A stretch of 64,000 bases of DNA from a virus. The notes under the pieces were generated by a model. It was given only the letters and a program-made list of their open reading frames with translations, was not told the DNA's origin and searched no databases. The stretch covers positions 35,897-99,896 of the IMG/VR virus record IMGVR_UViG_3300035670_000085. The stretch is one strand, 5' to 3'. Below are positions 57,561 to 64,000 of the stretch, piece by piece (position 1 is the stretch's first letter; every line of letters starts with the position of its first letter). The translations under genes and the position numbers were made by a program.

Positions 57561-59735
57561 ATGCCAGGAAGTTTTAGGTCCGATTTTTCTATAAAAGACC
57601 TTTCGGGTTATATACAAGCAACAGGAGTTGAAACTGGGTTTATGGCCATTAATGCTAGTAAAGGCCAATCTAAACCAGTTAAATGTAGAAATCAAGATGA
57701 TGTTTTAACATATTTTGGTAATCCTTCAGCAACATTTCCTGAAGTTTTTGAAGCACTTGCTTTTGTACAATCAGCTCCTTGTTGGATTGGACGTGCAATT
57801 GGAACTGGTGCATATTGGGGCGGTGTTGATGTAACTGCTACTAATGTGGTTCCTTTTGGCGGTGGTAGAGGAAATCCAGAAACTTTTAATTTTACAACTG
57901 CAACACAACTTACTGAATATACTGCTGGTTCTGGAACGGGACTGGTGAAACATTTTTCTGGTACTGCTACAAATATACCTGCTGTAAACGCAACATTAAA
58001 AATAAAAGTTGGTTCAACATATGTAAATGCTTCTGAAACTGGAGATTCTATTTCTGGTTCTGATATTGATTCTGGGGCAACACATACATTTATAAAAACA
58101 ACTGGTGCATATGATTTTACCTTTACTGGAACTGTTGGAACTGTTGCTGAAGTTACTGGTAATGTTGCTCAACCTTATAATCTATCTACAAATAAATATG
58201 TAAATATTACAATTGATGGAACACTGTACGAAAATATAGATTTGTCTGATGGCGCTAGTGATCCTTCAGCAGTTACAAATGTAGAAGTTGTAAATGCTAT
58301 AAATGCTATTATACCCGGAACAAAAGCACATACAAGTGGAAATTATGTGAAGCTTAATGGTGCTATAGCAAGTCTGGCATCTGGAAATATTTCTGTAGAA
58401 GATCCAACATTAGGAGCTTCTGCTTTATCTACAGTATTTAGTTCTGGTGGTGGTGTTTTAAGTGCTAAAGGAACTGATCCTGTTGGTGCAGTGCCTAAAT
58501 ATGGTGAAACTGTAGTTTTAGAATATTCTTATACAAGTGATATTTCTTCTACAGTATCTCATTCATTCTTTTCAGCGTCTCCTGCTGATGATGAATATAA
58601 AGTGCTAATTGATAATATTTCTGGTTCACAATTTAATCTTAAATTATATCAAACTGTAGCCGGTAATGATGTATATCTTAAAGAATATAATTATTCATTA
58701 CTTCGTGAAAAAGATGCATTTGGAAAAAATCTTTATATTATGGATGTATTTGATGATGATCCTTATTTAATTCCTGTAGTTAATAGTTCTTATGCTGGAA
58801 CGATTCCTTCACTCCCCGGCACTCCTGCAGTTGCACTTGCTGGTGGTGATAGTGGTTCTGCTCCTTCAGCTTCTAATTATGTAACTGTTTGGGATTATGC
58901 TAAAAAAGTACAAGATTATCCTGCTAAAATATTTATGAACGTAAATGGATTAAATCTTGCATATGTTAATAATATTCTTGAAACTTATCAATATTATTCA
59001 CATCAAATCGGTGTTGTTCCTCTAGGAAATGATGTAGCTGATGCAATTGCTTGGAGAAGTGCTACTACAATAGATTCTAAATATACATCACTCTATACAA
59101 ACTGGAGAAAAATCTATGATGTATATAATGATAGTTATGCATGGATTTCAAACGTTGGTTCAATAGGACGTAAATATGCAGCAATGGCAGATGTATATGA
59201 TGGACTCTCTCCTGCTGGTATTGATGAAGGTCCTTATGGTGGTCAAATTGCAGACTGGACAACAATAGAAATGGAATACGGATATGATGATTCTGAACTC
59301 GCAGATTTAGATGCAGCTCAAATCAATCCTATTATTCTTGATGAGATTTATGGAGTTATGATTTATGGTGATAAAACTTTACAAGTAAGTTTATCAGATA
59401 CATCATTTATACATTCAAAAAGGATTATTGATACGATTATTGAAACTGCTGTTAAACAAGTTTTGAGAAAACAAGAATTTAAATTGAATGATCAAAACCA
59501 TCAGTTATCTGCTAAATCTAAAATAGAAACTTTTATGGAACCTATTTTAGCTAAACAGTTGATTAGGGATTATCGTGTCCAGTGTGACGATATTAATAAC
59601 TCAGATGCGGTGAAAACACAAAGATTGTTCATTGTCGACATTATCTTGAAAGTTTCCGTGAATTCTCAGAAATGTAGGGTTAGACTAACACAAACCTCTC
59701 AAAATGCAGTTCTTAGTCAAATAACGCCGGCATAA
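57561..59735 (+). CDS. Contractile tail sheath protein
   Basis: DLS..., KG, YFG-x-P N-terminus; LAGG-x-S; SPAG, INPI, IYGDKTL, FI-x3-R, FKLND, V-x-CD-x2-NN. Confidence 0.92.
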   Translation: MPGSFRSDFSIKDLSGYIQATGVETGFMAINASKGQSKPVKCRNQDDVLTYFGNPSATFPEVFEALAFVQSAPCWIGRAIGTGAYWGGVDVTATNVVPFGGGRGNPETFNFTTATQLTEYTAGSGTGLVKHFSGTATNIPAVNATLKIKVGSTYVNASETGDSISGSDIDSGATHTFIKTTGAYDFTFTGTVGTVAEVTGNVAQPYNLSTNKYVNITIDGTLYENIDLSDGASDPSAVTNVEVVNAINAIIPGTKAHTSGNYVKLNGAIASLASGNISVEDPTLGASALSTVFSSGGGVLSAKGTDPVGAVPKYGETVVLEYSYTSDISSTVSHSFFSASPADDEYKVLIDNISGSQFNLKLYQTVAGNDVYLKEYNYSLLREKDAFGKNLYIMDVFDDDPYLIPVVNSSYAGTIPSLPGTPAVALAGGDSGSAPSASNYVTVWDYAKKVQDYPAKIFMNVNGLNLAYVNNILETYQYYSHQIGVVPLGNDVADAIAWRSATTIDSKYTSLYTNWRKIYDVYNDSYAWISNVGSIGRKYAAMADVYDGLSPAGIDEGPYGGQIADWTTIEMEYGYDDSELADLDAAQINPIILDEIYGVMIYGDKTLQVSLSDTSFIHSKRIIDTIIETAVKQVLRKQEFKLNDQNHQLSAKSKIETFMEPILAKQLIRDYRVQCDDINNSDAVKTQRLFIVDIILKVSVNSQKCRVRLTQTSQNAVLSQITPA

Positions 59736-59745
59736 AAAAAATTGA

Positions 59746-59783
59746 GAAAAGAGCGATAGTTAAATCGATTATCGCTTCTTTTT
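59746..59783 (+). terminator. Hairpin/terminator after sheath
   Basis: AGCGATAG/TTATCGCT stem then T run. Confidence 0.6.
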
Positions 59784-59821
59784 AAATATAAAAAAGATAA
59801 TAACAAGAGGTAAATAAATAT

Positions 59822-60328
59822 ATGTCAATTAGTAAAATATTAAATTTGGGCGACGACGCTCTTGCAAGCAAATATTTTTTGGTATTTCCAAATGGTCTTC
59901 CAACTGGAGGAGATACTGATTCTATAGCACTTAGAATGGATCAATCATTTGATTTTCCTGAAATTGGTCCCGGAACATATGAAGTTGCATGGAAAGGAAT
60001 GAAAGTTCCAAAAACTAATGCAACAGATCAAACTACAAAAGAATTTACAGTACAGGTTCGTATAGACCAACAATGGAAGGTGATGGATGATTTGTATAAT
60101 CTTTCAAAAGCATCTTATGATCCAAATACAGGAACATATCTTCCAGATTCTGCTGTTCGTTTTCCTTTAGCAATTAGATTTGTTGATGGTCAAGATGTTG
60201 TTAAAAAAACGTGGACTTTTCAATATGCTAAATTAAAAACTTTTACTATACAATCAATTGAACCTATTTCTGAAGATCCTCTTCGTGTAAGTTTGACCTT
60301 TATTTATGCATCTCATAAGTACGAATAG
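59822..60328 (+). CDS. Tail tube protein
   Basis: 168 aa directly after sheath; P...V-x-WKG-x-K and final LTF-x-Y. Confidence 0.8.
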   Translation: MSISKILNLGDDALASKYFLVFPNGLPTGGDTDSIALRMDQSFDFPEIGPGTYEVAWKGMKVPKTNATDQTTKEFTVQVRIDQQWKVMDDLYNLSKASYDPNTGTYLPDSAVRFPLAIRFVDGQDVVKKTWTFQYAKLKTFTIQSIEPISEDPLRVSLTFIYASHKYE

Positions 60329-60342
60329 TTATTTTTCCACAC

Positions 60343-60389
60343 TAAACCATATCGATTTAATTTCTCCTTTTTAGATCGGTATGGTTTAT
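60343..60389 (+). terminator. Hairpin after tube gene
   Basis: TAAACCATATCGAT/ATCGGTATGGTTTA. Confidence 0.6.
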
Positions 60390-60415
60390 AATTTCTTCTT
60401 TTTTGATAAAATATT

Positions 60416-61021
60416 ATGGCAGATATAAATTCATTATTAAGTATAGCGCAAGCAAATGGAAAAAGATTTGAAGCTGAAAGACTTTTATTTCAGCTTATGG
60501 ATTTTCAAAATAAAAATTCTTTTGATGTAATATTTTATCCTACTTATTTTTCTACAGATCCGGTAAGTGCTATACTTCAAGGGGCTTCTGTTGCATTGGA
60601 TCAACTTGTTCAAAGACTTCATATTCAATCTATCTCTATACCAGCTTTTAATACTCTTGAATTTGAAAACGCAGATAAAGAACAATATGCAAGAGCTTTA
60701 ACTCGTGCTACTGAAATTACAATGACCTTTATTGAAACAGAACAATCTGTTATTAGAAATTATATATATGCTTGGAATAATCTTATTTATTATTATGATT
60801 TTGTTAAACAAACATATATTTTTAGAGATGATCAATATGCGGCTAAACGAAATTGTAAAATTTTTCTACTTACTGGTATAGGAAATCCATCTGTTGCATA
60901 TTTAACTATCACTGGTATGAGACCAAAATCAATAGATGAACTCACTCTTTCACATGAAGAACAAGATCCTTATAAGCCTGTTATAACTTTTCATTGTGAT
61001 AGAATAGACTGGGTATTTTAA
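60416..61021 (+). CDS. Tube-fold baseplate/tube initiator protein (gp48/gp54-like)
   Basis: ISIP, ITMTFIE, W, P-x-SI-x3-L, ITF motifs. Confidence 0.6.
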   Translation: MADINSLLSIAQANGKRFEAERLLFQLMDFQNKNSFDVIFYPTYFSTDPVSAILQGASVALDQLVQRLHIQSISIPAFNTLEFENADKEQYARALTRATEITMTFIETEQSVIRNYIYAWNNLIYYYDFVKQTYIFRDDQYAAKRNCKIFLLTGIGNPSVAYLTITGMRPKSIDELTLSHEEQDPYKPVITFHCDRIDWVF

Positions 61022-61275
61022 TCTTCTTGACATTCTACTGGCGTAAAATTATCTACATTATACACTCTTTTAATCTTTAATCCTTGCGACGTTCTAATTA
61101 AAATTAATTCATTTCCATTTCTACAAACCACTTGAATTGTTGTTGTGAATTCTTCCGGATATGGAATATCTTTTGCCACTCCTTTTATAACATTTTCATA
61201 TATAGTTATATCGATAGCAAAAGTAGAATTTAACAAACACACAATAAAAATAATTGTAAATATTAGTGTTTTCAT
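61018..61275 (-). CDS. Small secreted protein, inverted insert with its own promoter
   Basis: Signal peptide ending STFA; VC-x-N...P-x2-C. Confidence 0.65.
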   Translation of the reverse strand: MKTLIFTIIFIVCLLNSTFAIDITIYENVIKGVAKDIPYPEEFTTTIQVVCRNGNELILIRTSQGLKIKRVYNVDNFTPVECQED

Positions 61276-61281
61276 ATATAT

Positions 61282-61310
61282 AATATATCAATATTTTTAA
61301 TAAAAATCAA
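61282..61310 (-). promoter_or_regulatory. Sigma70-like promoter TTGATT-N17-TATATT (leaderless)
   Basis: ATG 6 nt after the -10 element. Confidence 0.65.
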
Positions 61311-61353
61311 CTATTTTTTCTTAAAAAAAGTAAAAAAGTACAAATTTTTTATA

Positions 61354-61365
61354 TATACTAATAAT
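61354..61365 (+). promoter_or_regulatory. Late promoter variant
   Basis: TATACTAATAAT. Confidence 0.7.
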
Positions 61366-61398
61366 TAAAATAATATATTAAAATTGAGGTTTATTTAT

Positions 61399-62541
61399 AT
61401 GCCAGATATTCTATCACCACAAGAAGTTGCTGAAAGAAAAGCTAGATCGGCTCAACCTATAAAACCAACTATTGATTTAGGTACAAACATTATAGCTGAA
61501 AATAATGCATCAAAAGTCAAATTAGATTATGAGACGATGGGTAGATTTAGTATTCCAGAATCTCTTTATTTTGAAGATTGGGATACTGAAGATGTTAATA
61601 ATCTTACTCTTTGCAATGAAGACAATATCTTTGAAACTTTAGTTACTATTTTAAATAAAAATGCTAAAAATCAAAATTTTAAAGTTGAAGATATGCTTCT
61701 TGAAGAATTCCTTGAAACGATGATAGGTATTAAATCTTCATTTGATTCCCCAGTTCATGTACATAAATGGATATGTGAATGTCAGAGAGATATTGAAGAC
61801 AAAGATAGAGCTATTCATGATCATACTATTGATTTGAGAACTATCAATTATATTTCTATTCTTGAAGCAGATGAAAAGATGAAAGAATATTATAAAAAAA
61901 TATTTGAGTCTATGACAAGAGAACAATTTGCTGAATTTGCTATTATGAAATATGGCGATAGTATGAAAGATACTGTTGCTGATTATACTATTGAAAAAGA
62001 ATTGGAAACTATTCGTATACAAGAACCTATTAAGCAAAATATTAATGGTAAGTTATATGAGTTTAGATTTATGAGAGTTGGGGATTTATTGCTTGCTCAA
62101 AAAGAAGCTGATAAAAAATATATTTATGAAATGAAGATATTAAATAGCAAAAAATATCGTAAAGAACTTGGTGAACTTGCAGTATTTAAAGCTAATCAAG
62201 AAGAACAAATGAATAAGCTTAAAGAACAAAAAGCAAAAGAAATAGTATTCTATTCACAGGCATCTACCATAGTTGCTGTTGATGGAAAGCCGGTATCTAA
62301 TATGCAAGAAAAAGCAAAACTATATAAAGAAATAAAAAGAAAAGCTCGTTTTGATTTTCTTAATTTCCTTGAAGAAATAAAATTTGGTATATCGAATGAG
62401 ATGACTTTAGTTTGTCCGCTATGTGGTCAGGAGGAGAAAAGGCCCTTTCGACGTGAAGTCAACCCTCTCGAATTCATACCTGTTTCAACTGATTCCACCA
62501 ATAAATTACGAAACACTCCAACAGGGTATATTTTTATGTAA
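61399..62541 (+). CDS. Baseplate hub/tail assembly chaperone (T4 gp26-like)
   Basis: CEC...IDL, FRFMRVGD, FGI...CPLCG; follows tube genes. Confidence 0.65.
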   Translation: MPDILSPQEVAERKARSAQPIKPTIDLGTNIIAENNASKVKLDYETMGRFSIPESLYFEDWDTEDVNNLTLCNEDNIFETLVTILNKNAKNQNFKVEDMLLEEFLETMIGIKSSFDSPVHVHKWICECQRDIEDKDRAIHDHTIDLRTINYISILEADEKMKEYYKKIFESMTREQFAEFAIMKYGDSMKDTVADYTIEKELETIRIQEPIKQNINGKLYEFRFMRVGDLLLAQKEADKKYIYEMKILNSKKYRKELGELAVFKANQEEQMNKLKEQKAKEIVFYSQASTIVAVDGKPVSNMQEKAKLYKEIKRKARFDFLNFLEEIKFGISNEMTLVCPLCGQEEKRPFRREVNPLEFIPVSTDSTNKLRNTPTGYIFM

Positions 62542-62683
62542 TATGAAACTTAAACTCTGTGATAGTGAAATTATGAAGATTAAGTATCATAGAATGAGAG
62601 ATAAATTTAAGTACCTTGCTGAATATAATAAAGCTTTTGAAGATGCTTTAAAAGAAGGTGCTAGTAAGATGAAGAAGAAATAA
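62423..62683 (+). CDS. Overlapping +1-frame ORF, gp51-like or frameshift extension
   Basis: Open 119 nt into the upstream gene; F-L...SEIM...Y...YL pattern. Confidence 0.5.
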   Translation: MVRRRKGPFDVKSTLSNSYLFQLIPPINYETLQQGIFLCNMKLKLCDSEIMKIKYHRMRDKFKYLAEYNKAFEDALKEGASKMKKK

Positions 62684-62746
62684 AGTTACATATAACCACT
62701 TTGATTGAAAAATCATTGTGGTTTTTCTATTATTTTTCAAAATTTT

Positions 62747-62760
62747 TATACTAATAAATA
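62747..62760 (+). promoter_or_regulatory. Late promoter
   Basis: Exact motif. Confidence 0.8.
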
Positions 62761-62774
62761 TAAAGTTTACCCAT

Positions 62775-63125
62775 ATGAAAAGATATAAATCCTTATTTGA
62801 ACAAAATAGCGATGATTATGATCTCAAAACAAAATATAAGGAGTTCAATGATTTATATTTTAACGGAGAACTTTCACCAACCACTAAATTAGAATGGGCA
62901 GATAGAATGGGTGATGCAACTATGGCTATGACACATCCAACACTTCCATTCACAATTAAAATGGGTAATAAAAAAGACTTAGATGAAATAGTTCTTGACT
63001 CGACATTGATACACGAAATGATTCATGTTCTTCAATTTCAAATGGGAAGACAAGGTTTTCACGATGATTGGTTCAATGCTGAAAAAGAACGTATAGAAAA
63101 ATTAAATCCAAAATTAGATATATGA
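62775..63125 (+). CDS. Leader-bearing SprT-like metallopeptidase
   Basis: MKRYKSLFE; FNDLYFNGEL, TLIHEMIH, HDDWF. Confidence 0.8.
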   Translation: MKRYKSLFEQNSDDYDLKTKYKEFNDLYFNGELSPTTKLEWADRMGDATMAMTHPTLPFTIKMGNKKDLDEIVLDSTLIHEMIHVLQFQMGRQGFHDDWFNAEKERIEKLNPKLDI

Positions 63126-63607
63126 AAAGATATAAACCGTTATTCAAAGAAGAAGTTATAGGCGATCTAAAAAGTTTAGAATTTACCAAAACTTATCATG
63201 GTACAACTTCTCAAAAACTACCGGGTGGATTAAAGTTATCCAAAAGTGAGAATAAAAATATATTTGGCGGCAATGCTTCAATAAGTGTAACTGATAATAA
63301 ATTTTTAGCGCAATCTTTTACAAAAGGGGAGTTGGGCCTCGATCCAGAGGGTAAGATTTTTATTATTACAAAACCTATAAAAGTACTAGATTTACGAGAT
63401 AAAAAGACGCATAGTTTTTGGAAAAATTCAAAATACAATCCTCAAATAATTCTAAATGCTGGGTACGATGGTGTAGCTTTTGAAAATCTTGAAGAGATAA
63501 GAATTGAATCTTTTTATAAAGAAATTCCAATAAATAAAATAAAAAATGCTTTAGAGATTCAATTATTTAAGAATGTAGAAGAAAGATATATAAAAGAACT
63601 AAAATGA
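63122..63607 (+). CDS. Leader-bearing ADP-ribosyltransferase-like protein
   Basis: MKRYKPLFKE; TYHGT, SVTDN-x3-A-x2-F, LDL, GYDGV, EIQLF. Confidence 0.65.
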   Translation: MKRYKPLFKEEVIGDLKSLEFTKTYHGTTSQKLPGGLKLSKSENKNIFGGNASISVTDNKFLAQSFTKGELGLDPEGKIFIITKPIKVLDLRDKKTHSFWKNSKYNPQIILNAGYDGVAFENLEEIRIESFYKEIPINKIKNALEIQLFKNVEERYIKELK

Positions 63608-64000
63608 AAAGATATAAACCGTTATTCAGAGAAAATAATATCTCAGATTTCTATGAGTATGAAGAAGTTCGGAGAACTATTGACGAACTTCAATTACCAT
63701 ATAATATAGAAGAAATAATTGATAAATTTAATAAAACAAAAACTCAAAAATTAGATAAAGCAATTTGGAAAATTTTGAATAATACTGATTATGATGTCAA
63801 TACAGAACAGGATGTTAGAGCGCGATTAGAGCAGTATGAGCGTGACCTAAACAACTATAATAAAGTATTGAATGAATTTAAGAAGGGTATATTTTATCCT
63901 TCCTTAATAGTACATACAGAAAAAGATGGTTATTATTTAGTAGCAGGAAATACTAGATTAATGGTATCTAAAGTTAATAATTTAATACCGTTTGTAAAAA
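63604..64000 (+). CDS. Leader-bearing ParB/Srx-like protein (runs off the window)
   Basis: MKRYKPLFRE; PSLIV...YYLVAGNTRL. Confidence 0.65.
   Translation, partial: MKRYKPLFRENNISDFYEYEEVRRTIDELQLPYNIEEIIDKFNKTKTQKLDKAIWKILNNTDYDVNTEQDVRARLEQYERDLNNYNKVLNEFKKGIFYPSLIVHTEKDGYYLVAGNTRLMVSKVNNLIPFVK

Larger units (their letters stand above)
1..64000. other. Segment of a large myophage (T4-superfamily-like head module) genome
   Basis: Capsid, gp21-like protease, terminase, sheath and tube genes; dense small ORFs; no host housekeeping genes. Confidence 0.95.

Noticed and set aside
1-64000. Stop-codon reassignment
   Set aside because: Long genes are intact and coding density is high in the standard code; TAA, TAG and TGA all end plausible genes.
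1-64000. tRNA or rRNA genes
   Set aside because: No cloverleaf or TTCGA-arm context recognised by eye; tRNAscan-SE would be needed to exclude them fully.

Overview
AT-rich segment of a large (jumbo-type) myophage genome with T4-superfamily-like head genes. Plus-strand late/structural regions (about 1.8-16.9 kb and 34-64 kb) encode a gp21-like prohead protease fused to a scaffold, major capsid protein, large terminase, a duplicated four-gene decoration/fibre module, tail-fibre-like genes, neck, sheath, tube and a gp26-like baseplate/tail chaperone. These regions carry about 16 copies of a TATACTAATAA(A)T late-promoter motif. A minus-strand block (about 16.9-34 kb) holds small early genes under sigma70-like promoters, including a sigma factor, pyrimidine-dimer glycosylase, amidase, ferredoxin and YhhN. 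The main signal is about 29 unrelated ORFs sharing a 9-10 aa N-terminal leader, M-K-R-Y-K-[SP]-[LIV]-[FLI]-(K)-E. It closely parallels the T4 capsid-targeting sequence (MKTYQEFIAE) and suggests a large set of virion-packaged, protease-matured, injected effectors (metallopeptidases, an ADP-ribosyltransferase-like protein, SWIM, ParB-like and many unknowns). Other signals are a nested scaffold gene with its own promoter and RBS, four C-A(A/G)AA-G hairpins in the capsid 5' leader, a candidate +1/-2 frameshift and a candidate late ncRNA. All product calls come from reading motifs by eye; no database search was run.
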